From: Microcoleus sp.
GTDB taxonomy: Bacteria; Cyanobacteriota; Cyanobacteriia; Cyanobacteriales; Microcoleaceae
Reading direction: 5' to 3'
Assembly: GCA_042408215.1 (NCBI GenBank)
Contig: JAYFMW010000007.1
Location: 224,001-288,000 of the forward strand
DNA: 64,000 nucleotides
A program made the translations under genes and the position numbers. Of the stretch, positions 19,626-31,400 are shown one piece after another; position 1 is the first letter of the stretch; each line of letters begins with the position of its first letter. The notes beneath the pieces were generated by a model that was not told the origin of the DNA, did no database searches, and saw nothing but the letters and a program-made list of their open reading frames with translations.

Positions 19626-21255
19626 ATGTCTTTGCCGCGTCTGTTAACCTTAATTGCTGCTTTTTGCCTCACCCTGGGGCTGATTATTGGGCTGGTGAGT
19701 TCCTTAACTGGACTTTACACTCAAGTTGCGCTCGTCTGCGTCTCCGCTGCTGGCTAATTTGCTGATCTTGGCGGTAATTGTACTTTTGGGCACGCTAATT
19801 TTTGCGCTTTTCTATTATTTAAGGCTGCTGCAAAGCCCTCAAAAAGTTAAGGGAAAACGAGTCTTAAAGCCCAAGATTCCAGTTGTGAAAACTGAGGCGG
19901 CTTCGGAAAATTTGAAAGCAATTAGACAACAAGTCGATCGCATTCAAGATGAAGTCGCGCGGCAAGCTTTGCTGTTGAGAGCACGGGAAATAGAAGCTAG
20001 TATGGCTCGCGGTAGCATTCGGATAGTTGTTTTCGGTACCGGTTCTGCGGGTAAAACTTCTGCTGTAAATTCGCTGGTGGGGCGGATGGCGGGACAGGTA
20101 GGCGCCCCTATGGGAACTACTGAAGTCGGAGAAACTTATACTCTCAAATTGAAAGGAATTGAGCGAGAATTGGCAATTACTGATACACCGGGAATTTTGG
20201 AGGCGGGAATAGCGGGAACTTACAGAGAGGAATTGGCGAGACAGTTGGCGGCGCAGGCAGATTTGATCTTATTTGTTTTGGATGGCGATTTGCGAAAATC
20301 TGAGTACGAACCGCTGCGAACTTTGGCGGAAATTGGCAAAAGGTCGATCGTAGTTTTTAATAAAGTTGACCTTTATCCAGACAGCGACAGAGATGCAATT
20401 CTCACTAGACTCCGGGAACGAGTTAAGGGTTTTGTCTCAGCAATGGATGTGGTAGCCATTAGCGCCAATCCCCAAAAAGTTGTGCTAGAAGATGGGACGA
20501 TTTTTCAGCCAGACCCGGATATTATGCCATTAATTCGGCGCGTGGCTGCGATTTTGCGAGCCGAAGGAGAAGACTTAATTGCTGATAATATTTTGCTCCA
20601 ATCTCAGCGCCTCGGAGAGCAAGCTCGCAAGTTAATTGACGTTCAAAGGCGCAGGCAAGCTGATAAAGTAGTAGAGCGATTTCAGTGGCTCGGTGCTGGC
20701 GTAATTGCGGTAACGCCTTTACCCGTTGTAGATTTACTAGCGACAGCAGCAGTTAACGCTCAAATGGTAGTAGAAATTGCTAAAATTTACGGCTGCGAAT
20801 TAACAATCGATCGCGCTAAAGAATTAGCATTTTCTCTCGCCAAAACCCTAGCCAGTTTGGGAATAGTTGAAGGTGTAATTCAAGTAGTATCAAGGGCGCT
20901 TCAGTTAAGCGTAGCTGGGTTTTTACTTGGTAAGGCAATTCAAGCAGTCAGCGCCGCTTATTTAACCAGAATTGCAGGTAAAAGTTTTATTGAATATTTT
21001 CGCCATGACCAAGATTGGGGCGATGGCGGTATCGCAGAAGTCGTGCAAAGACAGTTTCAATTAAATCGGAAAGACGAGTTTGTTAAAGCATTTGTCAAAG
21101 ATGCGATCGCCCGCGTCGTCGAACCTCTGAATATTTATCAGCAGGCACCGGAACCGGAATTAGAAATGGTAGCAGAAATAGAATCAGAACCCTTATACCA
21201 TCAGCAAGACGACGATTGGGAAACTCACAGCAACCAGCGAAACGATGATTGGTAA
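19626..21255 (+). CDS. Membrane GTPase with DUF697/YcjF domain (apparent frameshift near 19735)
   Basis: GTGSAGKTS, DTPG, NKVD GTPase motifs, PLPVVDLLA DUF697 motif; hydrophobic N-terminus from ATG 19626 is out of frame with the main ORF 19726-21255. Confidence 0.8.
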
Positions 21256-21666
21256 TTGGGCGAAGCGAAGCTCCGGGATGGGGCATGGGGCATGGGGCAT
21301 GGGGCATGGGGCATCGGGAATTGTCACAATTTTAGATTTAAGATTTTAGATGGATTAGTAATTTTCATCGAAAATCGCAAATCGGACATCGAAAATCGGA
21401 TGGGGAATTTGCCATAATTTCTGGCAGCCCGATTTAAACCTTCGATCAACATGGTTTGCACTAAAGAAACGGGTACCATCGTTCAATGAGATGCTCCCTG
21501 AGTCTGGTTTCTTGAATTTTGTTAAGAAACTTTACAATAATTGTACATTTTGAGCGGTTACTGAGGGGCTCAGGTAAAACTATCCTCAGAGCGATCGGAT
21601 CGAACAGAATTTTGATAAGATTTAAAGTCTACAACAAAATTTGGTATTGTCCGGCGAGGTAAAATA

Positions 21667-22596
21667 ATGAGCTATCGTCCAATTATTCTCGGTATTGTCG
21701 GAGACAGCGCAGCGGGCAAAACAACCCTAACACGGGGAATTGCACAAGTATTGGGCCCAGAAAATGTCACCATCATTTGTACAGATGACTATCACCGCTA
21801 CGACAGAACGCAGCGGGCTGAAATAGGGATCACAGCACTGCATCCCGACTGCAATTACCTCGACATCATGCAGCAGCACCTCAGCCTGCTACGCACCGGA
21901 CAAGCTATTCTCAAACCCATCTACAATCACACCACGGGTACATTCGACCCGCCGGAATACATCAAGCCCAGCAAATTTGTCATAGTTGAGGGTTTGCTGG
22001 GTTACGCCACTCGCACAATCCGCGATTCTTACGACGTAAAAGTGTATCTCGCTCCCCCAGAAGAGCTACGAACTCAGTGGAAAGTTAAGCGCGATACTAT
22101 GAAGCGCGGTTATACCGAAGAACAGGTGCTGGCGGAAATGTCCAAGCGGGAACCAGATTCGGAAGAATTTATTCGCCCCCAACGCAAGTTTGCAGATGTT
22201 GTAGTTAGTTTTTACCCGCCAGAAGAGGACAAAGAATTAAATTTGAGCGTCCGTTTAGTGCTGAGACCGACAATTCCTCACCCGAATTTTACTGAGATTT
22301 TAGACCAAGGGAGCGAGAATTTTCAACCGGCAATTCGCTTGGGACTCGATCGGGATATGGGCAAACCGGTTGACGTTTTGGAAGTAGACTCTCACGCTAC
22401 TAGCGAACAAGTAAACGAACTGGAAATGATTTTGTGCAGCGAACTGCCCCACCTGCGAGGCTTTTGCTCTACCCAAGGCAATCCTGAAATTGGCAAACTG
22501 ATTGGCACCACTGGCGAAGTTTTGCAAAGTTACCCGCTAGCTTTGACCCAATTGCTAGTTGCCTACCACATGATGAAAGCAATACACATTTATTAG
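21667..22596 (+). CDS. Phosphoribulokinase/uridine kinase family protein (PRK-like paralog)
   Basis: GDSAAGKTT P-loop, DDYHRYDR, KPIYNHTTG, VEGLL, WKVKRD..RGY, FIRPQR. Confidence 0.88.
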   Translation: MSYRPIILGIVGDSAAGKTTLTRGIAQVLGPENVTIICTDDYHRYDRTQRAEIGITALHPDCNYLDIMQQHLSLLRTGQAILKPIYNHTTGTFDPPEYIKPSKFVIVEGLLGYATRTIRDSYDVKVYLAPPEELRTQWKVKRDTMKRGYTEEQVLAEMSKREPDSEEFIRPQRKFADVVVSFYPPEEDKELNLSVRLVLRPTIPHPNFTEILDQGSENFQPAIRLGLDRDMGKPVDVLEVDSHATSEQVNELEMILCSELPHLRGFCSTQGNPEIGKLIGTTGEVLQSYPLALTQLLVAYHMMKAIHIY

Positions 22597-22818
22597 TTTA
22601 GTTAGTGGTTAGTGGTTAGTTGTTAGTGGTTAGTTGTTAGTTGTTAGTTTTTGGTTGTTGGTTGTTGGTTTTTAGTTATCAGTTCCAATTACCAATTACC
22701 ATTACTAATTACCAATAACCAATAACCAATAACCAATAACCAATGACTAATGACTAATGACTAATGACTAATGACTAATGACTAATGACTAATGACTAAT
22801 GACTAATGACTAATGACT
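22597..22818. repeat. STRR tracts (TTAGTGG/TTAGTTG, TTACCAA/TAACCAA, TGACTAA)
   Basis: Tandem heptamers between convergent genes; the last tract supplies the stop region of the next gene. Confidence 0.9.
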
Positions 22819-23315
22819 TGAGAATCTGCAATTTTCCAGATGCCATCCCAATACTCTAAGGTATAGCGAACTAGCTTAGTATTAAAACTGCTACTATCGA
22901 CTTTGCCATTTCGGTAAAGGGTGGCGTCTTCGGTGATTCTGACTTCAAGAGTGGCTTTGTTTCCAGATGCTGCAAAGCGTTCGACGGATTCAACTTTTTG
23001 GACACCGTATCGGTACTGAGAATTACTGTTTGTCAAATAGTCGATCGCCTTGACGGTATCGCTATACAAAATACCTGTAGTCATTCTAGCCAGCAATTGG
23101 CGATCGAACGGAGGAGCAAATATTCTCTGCTTAGCATCCAGCCACCGGCTAATTAAATCCGAAGCTTGTCCGAGAGTAATATTCTGACCTTGACTGATAT
23201 AATTTTCGCAGTAAGTTGTTGCTGGTCGTTGTCCGGCGCAAGTAATATTTTCCGCTGTCGCCGGCGCCGCCAACCACAAAGGAGTTAAGATGGCGACTAG
23301 GATTATCGGTTTCAT
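22803..23315 (-). CDS. Secreted ARC6/PARC6 IMS (DUF4101)-domain protein
   Basis: Signal peptide MKPIILVAILTPLWLAAPATA; WLDAKQRIFAPPFD..LTG..YRYGVQKVE..VRYTL..WKIAD. Confidence 0.8.
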   Translation of the reverse strand: MKPIILVAILTPLWLAAPATAENITCAGQRPATTYCENYISQGQNITLGQASDLISRWLDAKQRIFAPPFDRQLLARMTTGILYSDTVKAIDYLTNSNSQYRYGVQKVESVERFAASGNKATLEVRITEDATLYRNGKVDSSSFNTKLVRYTLEYWDGIWKIADSQVISH

Positions 23316-23469
23316 ATCTAAAACCCTCAATCATCATAAATTGACTTGATTTAGCCAAGTTCTAGGTGATAATTATGAGGAGATCATCTCAAACTATCGT
23401 GAGTTCTTCAGAAATTTTATCTACATCATTTAGTGGCGGAATTTCGGAATTTTAATTGTATAGTTTTTG

Positions 23470-23676
23470 TCACAATTGAGGATAAATCCTCGGTGCCAAG
23501 CTCGTCAGATTAGCAAGGCCCAATAGCTGAATCGGCTGCGAGACTGGCAACTGACTTTGAGGTGCGGGCAGCATTTCGCCTCGGAAATCTAGGAGGGTGA
23601 CGAGCAGCAGGTAGGCAACTGCTAAAATTAGAGAAATCACGCCAGCGATCATCGCAATAATTTTTGAACTATCCAT
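23470..23676 (-). CDS. Small membrane protein
   Basis: One TM helix followed by LLDFRGEMLPAP. Confidence 0.7.
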   Translation of the reverse strand: MDSSKIIAMIAGVISLILAVAYLLLVTLLDFRGEMLPAPQSQLPVSQPIQLLGLANLTSLAPRIYPQL

Positions 23677-23745
23677 ATTTAGAAAGATTGAAGTATAGCT
23701 AAACTTAGCTTAACATTAATTAGAATCAGACTTGAATCTATTTCT

Positions 23746-24735
23746 TTGACCAAAATGGAACCTCTTATAGATACATCAATCACCACCGCAAGCTCTGGAT
23801 CTGCCCCAGTAGTGGAAATATTCAATCTGGGGAAGTTCTATCGTACCGGCTTCTGGATGAACCAAAAAATTGAATCGCTCAAAAGTTGCACTCTGACAGT
23901 CTCTCAGGGGGAAACTTTCGGGCTTTTAGGACAAAATGGAGCCGGGAAAACTACGCTGCTGAAAACGTTGCTGGGTATAGTCAAGCCGACTTCGGGCCGG
24001 GCACTGCTGTTAGGGAGGCCTTTGGGCGATCGCACTGTGAAGCAGCGAGTTGGCTATCTGCCAGAAAATCCCTACTTTTACGACTATCTCACGGGCTGGG
24101 AATTCTTGCAATTTGTGGCGGGGCTGTTTCAAATTCCAGCCTCAGTTCAGCGACAGCGAATTCCGCATTTGCTAGACTTAGTTGGGCTCAGTCAATCGAC
24201 GGCTGTCAAACAACATTTGCGCCAGTATTCTAAGGGTATGCTGCAACGAATTGGCATGGCTCAAGCTTTGATTAATAATCCAGAAGTGGTGTTTTTAGAT
24301 GAGCCGATGTCGGGTTTAGATCCGATGGGACGCTATCAGATGCGGGAGATAATTTTATCGCTAAAAAGTCAAGGAAAAACTATTTTTTTCAATTCCCACA
24401 TACTCTCAGATGTCGAGAAAATTTGCGATCGCGTGGGAATTTTAGCCAAAGGTGAATTAATTTGCATTGGTGCGATCGAGCAACTCCTAGGAAATACAGA
24501 AACTTACCACGTTCAAGGTAAGGGCGGCCACCTGAACATCCTGCAAAAATGGATCCCAGATCTGGAAGTTGATAATGACTTGTGGTACGGTCACTTAGAG
24601 GGCGATCCTCAAGATTTTTTTGCTAAAGTCAGCCTCACGGGAGGGCAGCTAATTAGCATGAATTTAGCAAAGCCTACTCTGGAAGAGTTTTTTATGCAGC
24701 AACTCGAAGAAAGAGGTATTTATTCGAGCAGTTAA
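23746..24735 (+). CDS. ABC transporter ATP-binding protein
   Basis: GQNGAGKTT, YSKGMLQR, VFLDEPMSGLD, FNSH. Confidence 0.95.
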   Translation: MTKMEPLIDTSITTASSGSAPVVEIFNLGKFYRTGFWMNQKIESLKSCTLTVSQGETFGLLGQNGAGKTTLLKTLLGIVKPTSGRALLLGRPLGDRTVKQRVGYLPENPYFYDYLTGWEFLQFVAGLFQIPASVQRQRIPHLLDLVGLSQSTAVKQHLRQYSKGMLQRIGMAQALINNPEVVFLDEPMSGLDPMGRYQMREIILSLKSQGKTIFFNSHILSDVEKICDRVGILAKGELICIGAIEQLLGNTETYHVQGKGGHLNILQKWIPDLEVDNDLWYGHLEGDPQDFFAKVSLTGGQLISMNLAKPTLEEFFMQQLEERGIYSSS

Positions 24736-24768
24736 AAGGGGACTTTAAATACTCCTGTCCCCCCCTGA

Positions 24769-25017
24769 TTAAGGGTAGTTAGGGGGGAGCTTACATACAG
24801 ACAAGAAATATGTTATGCTAAACAAAGACACATTTTTGGTTGAGCGGTAAAAAAAGATCAATTTCTCAGACAAAACTTCCCTAACCCTTTCCCTAAACAA
24901 ACGCACAGCCGCCCTTTGTCCGATCGCCTTACTTGGCTCTATCAAAGCGGGAATTTCGGCGATCGGCAAAAACGGAAAAGCCAAACTGTTCTCTCTCAGA
25001 TCGTAATTCCCCTCTAC
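24769..25017 (-). pseudogene. Uma2 (DUF820) endonuclease-like gene, C-terminal fragment
   Basis: LVEGNYDLRENSLAFPFLPIAEIPALIE..GQRAAVRLFRERVRE typical Uma2 C-terminus; begins immediately at the 48-bp repeat. Confidence 0.7.
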
Positions 25018-25065
25018 CAATAGACATCTCCCAAAAAGAAATAGTTGACCGATCGCTATTAAGTT
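25018..25065 (+). repeat. 48-bp direct repeat, left copy
   Basis: CAATAGACATCTCCCAAAAAGAAATAGTTGACCGATCGCTATTAAGTT, identical to 37259-37306. Confidence 0.95.
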
Positions 25066-25407
25066 CTAATGGAATTATAGTTGACTTTTCCTTCTTGACA
25101 GATGGGGATAATTGTGATTTATTAGATACAGCGAAAGCCGAGAGTCACGGCAAACGCATTGCAGATTCGTGGAATGATCCTATGGTAGGGGCGGTGGGTT
25201 TGGCTTGGTGAGCCAGCCCCCTGCCCCCACGCGCGGGGCTTTTGGAGCAACCACTTCTGGATTGCCCCTACAATATCATCCATTAATTGTGCAACGCCCA
25301 AACGCATACTCCTTTGGATGATTTCTTAACAAGAATTGATGGTTTTTAAATTTCGCCAGAGGTTATGAAAAAAACAAAAGTAGATAAAATTACTCATCTA
25401 ACTAGAA

Positions 25408-28400
25408 ATGGAAACCCAAATAAATTACTGGAAACAGCAATTACAAGAAGTTCCCGAATTATTACAATTACCCACAGATAGAACTCGCCCCAGCATACAA
25501 ACCTATACAGGTAAAACACAAAGATTTACCTTAAATCAAGAATTAACCCAGAAATTACAAAAACTCTCCACCGAGTCTGGGACTACTTTATTTATAACCA
25601 CATTAGCGGCTTTCGCTACTTTACTATACCGTTACAGTGGGCAGTCAGACATTTTAATAGGTTCACCAGTAGCAAATTCTCAATACGAAGAAATAGAGTT
25701 ATTTATTAATACATTAGTCTTAAGAAGTAATTTGGCAGATAATCCTAGTTTCTTAAACTTACTCAATCAGGTTAAAGAAACCACACTAAAAGCATATAAA
25801 AATCAAGATATACCCTTTGAAAAGGTAGTGGAAGCATTACCAATTGAAGGATCTTTAAGTCATTCACCTATTTTCCAGGTGATGTTTGTCTTGGAGAATA
25901 CCTCGATGAGTGAACTGGAATTACTAAGAAAAACTGGGAGTGAATCTAATCAAGATAACACAACGACTAAGTTAGATTTAACTGTCTCCATGACTGAAAA
26001 TATCCAAGGTTTAGAGGGAGAATGGGAATATAATGCAGATTTATGGGATCGGTCAACTATTGAGCGGATGGTTACTCATTTTGAGAACTTATTATCAGCC
26101 ATTGTTGCCGCTCCTGATCTGACTGTTAATGAATTACCCTTATTGAGCGAAACCGAACGCGATCAATTATTAGTAGAGTGGAATAATACCGAAACAGAAT
26201 ATCCTCAAGATAAATGTATTCATCAATTATTTGAAGAACAGGTAAAACTCACACCCAATGCCATAGCTGTAATATTTGAAGAACAACAATTAACCTATTT
26301 AGAATTAAATCAAAAAGCCAATCAAGTCGCACATCATCTCCAAAGCTTAGGAGTAAAACCTGAATCATTAGTAGGTATTTGTGTAGAACGCTCCCTAGAG
26401 ATGATAGTAGGATTATTAGGGATATTAAAAGCAGGAGGTGGTTATGTGCCCCTTGACCCAAATTATCCATCCGAAAGGTTGAGTTATATGTTGACGAATT
26501 CAAAGGTTGATGTGTTATTAACTCAACAGGAATTATTGTCATCTTTACCGTCATCTACTGCCAATCTAGTTTGTTTGGATAGAGATTGGACAACAATTGA
26601 ACAATATAGTCAGTCTAATCTTGAGACGGGGGTAGGTTCACAGAATTTAGCTTATGTAATTTATACTTCCGGTTCTACTGGACAGCCTAAAGGAGTGTCC
26701 ATGAATCATCGTCCCCTTGTCAATCTTATACTTTGGCAAGTAAAACAATCATCTGCTAAATATGGCACAAAAACAGGGCAATTTACACCAATAAGTTTTG
26801 ATGTGTCTTTTCAAGAAATCTTTGCTACTTTGTGTTCAGGTGGAATATTAGTTTTAATCAGAGAAGAAATACGCAGAGATGGGACAGCATTATTAAAAAT
26901 GCTCACAGAAGAAGCCATCGAAAGACTATTTCTTCCCTTTGTTGCGCTAGAACAGTTAGCCCAGAGTGCGACAAATACTCAATTTCTCCCTCAAAATCTT
27001 CAGGAATTAATTACGGCTGGAGAACAATTAAAAATTACTCCGACACTAATAGAATTTTTCAATAAACTTCCTAATTGTCAACTAGAAAATCAATACGGAC
27101 CCACAGAAAGTCATGTAGTCACAGCATTTTCTTTAAAAGGTTCTGCCAATATTTGGCCATCACTGCCACCCATAGGAAAGCCAATAGCCAACGCGAAAAT
27201 ATACATCCTAGATAAACAATTTCAACCAGTACCCATAGGAGTATCCGGTGAACTTTACATCGGAGGAGATGCAGTAGCTAGAGGTTATCTTAATCGCCCA
27301 GAATTAACCACTGAAAGATTCATTTCTAATCCTTTTGGTGGCGATCGCGAAGCGCTGATGCAAGCAGATCGCCTTTATAAAACAGGAGATTTAGCCCGCT
27401 ATTTACCAGATGGTAATATAGAATATTTAGGACGAATAGATAATCAAGTCAAAATTAGAGGTTTCCGCATCGAACTAGGGGAAATAGAAGCAGTTATTAA
27501 CAACCATCCTCAAGTTCAACAGGCTGTAGTTATAGCCAGAGAAGATATTCCCGGAAACAAACGCTTAGTCGCTTATGTAGTTCCCAAACTCAAATAATAG
27601 TTTTACCTCAGATCAAGAACTCGATGCTAGCACAAGTGGCACAGTGGCAGCAAATCTGGAATACAAACTATAGCCAAACCGCATCGGACTTTGATCCTAC
27701 CTTCAATACTATAGGTTGGCGAGATAGTTATACAGGTCAAGCTATTCCTAAACAAGAAATGCGTCAATGGCTGGATACTACAGTAGAACGTATTCTTACC
27801 TGGAAACCAGACCGAGTTTTGGACATTGGTTGTGGAACGGGAATGCTTTTGTTTCAAATTGCGCCCAAGTGTTCTTATTATCTGGGGACTGATTTTTCTT
27901 CTCAGGTTTTGTCTTATGTAGAACAACAGTTAGAAAAGTTAGACGGAAATTGGTCACAAGTTTCTCTTTCCCAGAGAACAGCAGATAATTTTGAAGGCAT
28001 TGAACCTGCTTCATTTGATACTGTAATTATCAATTCCGTAATCGAATTATTTCCTAGCATCAATTACTTAAGTGATGTTTTAAAAAAAGCGATCCATGCG
28101 GTTAAAAAAGAAGGGATTATTTTTATAGGAGATATCCGTAATTTCTCTTTACTAGAAGCTTTCTATGCTAAACTTGAATTAGATAAAGCTTCAGATTTGC
28201 TATCAACAAAAGAGTTACAGCCGTACATTTTTGATAGCATGGGTAAGGCGGATCAATTATTGCTAAGTCCAGATTTTTTCATAGCACTAAAGCAACATTT
28301 TCCTTCCATCAGTCATGTGCAAATTCAACTCAAGCGCGATCGTCTACCATAATGAGATATCGAAATTCCGCTATGATGTTATTCTTCATATAGAAAAACA

Positions 28401-31400
28401 GGTTTTTCCCACAGCAGAATTTCAGTGGTTAGACTGGCAAAAAAATGACCTAACTGTGTCAGCAGTCCGTGATTTACTTAAAGAAACAAAACCAGAACTT
28501 TTAGGCATAAAGAATATACCTAACCCTCGTTTGAGTCAAGAAATCAAGCTTTTAGATTTATTGCATAGTGACACAGGATTAACTACAGTAGGTGAATTAC
28601 GATCGGCATTACAGGGTTGGGAAAATGATGGGATAGAACCTGAAGATTGGTGGGATTTAGGCACTGAGTTATCTCAGAATGTTTATATTAATTGGTCTGA
28701 GGTTAAGGGTTGCTATAATGTAGTTTTTCAATTAGGGGAAAAACTTTTCGACCATTCCCTAGGTAATATTCAGATTAAACCTTGGCTGAGTTATGGTAAT
28801 AATCCTCTGCAAAGCAAAATAGTAGGTAATTTAGAACAAAAATTGCGGACTGATTTGAAAAAAAGTCTCCCTGACTATATGGTGCCCACAGCTTTTGTTA
28901 TCCTCGATCAAATGCCACTAACACCAAGTGGTAAAGTGGATCGTCGTGGGCTAAAAGCTCCTGAAAAGTGCCGCCCTGAATTGTCAACAGTTCTGGTTAT
29001 TCCCCGCACAGATAACGAAAAACTGATTGCTAATATTTGGCAGGAATTATTACAGATAGATTTAGTAGGAATACATGACAATTTCTTTGAGTTAGGTGGC
29101 CATTCTTTAGTAGCCACTCAATTAGCATCCAGACTAAGAGAAAATTTCCAAGTAGAAATACCCCTCAGAGTCATCTTTGAATCGCCAACAATAGCAGAAT
29201 TAGATCAGGCATTAAGCCAATTACTGCTCCTCAAAAAAGGATTGAATATTCCCCCTCTAAAACCTGTTACACAAGATTTCGAGCAAATTCCCCTATCTTT
29301 TCAACAAGAAAGACTGTGGTTTGTCGATCAATTAGAAGGAGCAAATGCTACTTATAATATACCAGTAGCCATCTCGTTAACTGGTAATTTGAAAATTCAT
29401 GTCCTCCAAAAAGCCTTGTCTGAAATAGTACAAAGACATGAGGTATTAAGAACTAGCTTCCCAACAGTTGACGGCACACCAAGACAGATAATCGATCCAG
29501 AAGCTACCCTAAATATTAAGGTGACAGACTTACAGCATCTTGAAGAAACAGAACGCCAAACCGTATTAAAACAAGAACTACAACAACAAGCAAATATTCC
29601 CTTTAATTTAGAAGAAGCCCCCTTAATCAGATGTAGTTTATGGCAGTTATCTCAAACCGAATATGTGTTATTAATAACAATGCACCATATTGTGTCAGAT
29701 GGCTGGTCATTAGGAATATTGAATCAAGAAATTTCAACTTTATATAAAGCTTTTCTAGCAGGGAAATCATCACCTTTAGAAAAATTACCCGTGAACTATG
29801 CAGATTTTTCTGTTTGGGAAAAACAATGGTTAAGGGGAGAAATATTAGAAACTCAACTCAATTACTGGAGACAACAATTGCAAAATGCTCCAGAATTATT
29901 ACAATTACCTACAGATCGCCCTAGACCCAATATACAGACTCACAAAGGGAAAACCCAAAGATTTCTCTTAAACACAGAGTTAACCCAAAAAATCCAGAAT
30001 CTAGCCAATGAGTCAGGGAAAACTTTATTTATGACTTTGTGGGCAGCTTTTACCACATTACTATATCGTTACAGTGGACAATCAGATATTTTAATTGGGT
30101 CATCAATAGCTAATCGTAACCGCAGTGAAATCGAGTCATTGATAGGTTGTTTTGTGAATACTTTGGTCTTAAGAAGTAACTTTGAAGACAATCCTAGTTT
30201 CTTAGAATTACTCAACCAAGTTAAAGAAACTACACTTAAAGCTTATGAACATCAAGATGTACTCCTTGAACAAGTATTACCATCACATAGGTCTTTGAGT
30301 TATTCCTATCTATTCCAAGTAATGTTTATTCTCCAACCCCCAGTAGTAGAATTAGAACTACCAGGGATAATTTGTCATCAGTTATATCAAGAAAGCGCGG
30401 TCTCTAAGTTTGATTTAACAGTCTCAATAACGGAAACATTTCAAGGCTTAGAAGGCGAATGGGAATATAAGACAGATTTATGGGATGACTCAACTATTAA
30501 GCGGATGGCTAGTCATTTTGAAAACTTATTATCAGCGATTGTTACTCATCCTTATAAGACTGTTAATGAGTTACAATTATTGAGCGAAACAGAACGCCAT
30601 CAATTATTAGTAGAGTGGAATAATACCCAAACAGCATATCCCCAAGATAAATGTATTCATCAATTATTTGAAGAGCAGGTAAAACTCACACCCAATGCGA
30701 TCGCGGTAGTCTTTGAAGAACAACAATTAACCTATTTTGAGTTAAATCAAAAAGCCAATCAAGTAGCACGTCATCTCCAAAGCTTGGGAGTAAAAGCTGA
30801 ATCCTTAGTAGGGATTTGTGTAGAACGTTCTCTTGAGATGGTAATTGGAGTGTTAGGGACATTAAAAGCGGGTGGTGCTTATGTGCCGCTTGACCCAAAT
30901 TATCCAGCCGAAAGATTGAGTTATATGTTGACTAATTCAAGAGTTGATGTGTTATTAACTCAACAAGATTTATTGTCATCATTACCGTCAACACCTGCAC
31001 AGATAGTTTGTTTGGATAAAGATTGGGGAGTGATTGAAAAATATAGTCATTCCCCACTTAATACAGATGTAAGTTCAAATAATCTTGCTTATGTCATTTA
31101 TACTTCAGGTTCTACTGGACAGCCTAAAGGGGTAATGATAGAACATCGGAGTTTAGTTAAAGCTTACTGGGGATGGGAAAAAGCTTATCAATTAAAATCA
31201 ACTACAACTTCCCACCTCCAACTTGCTAATTTTTCCTTTGATGTGTTTACTGGTGATTGGGTACGCGCTCTTTGTTCTGGAGCTAAACTTGTGTTATGTT
31301 CATCGGAAATACGGACAGATCCGGCTCAACTTTACAGCTTAATGCGTTATCAAAAAGTGGATTTTGCTGAATTTGTCCCTGCTCTGATACGTCCTCTGGT

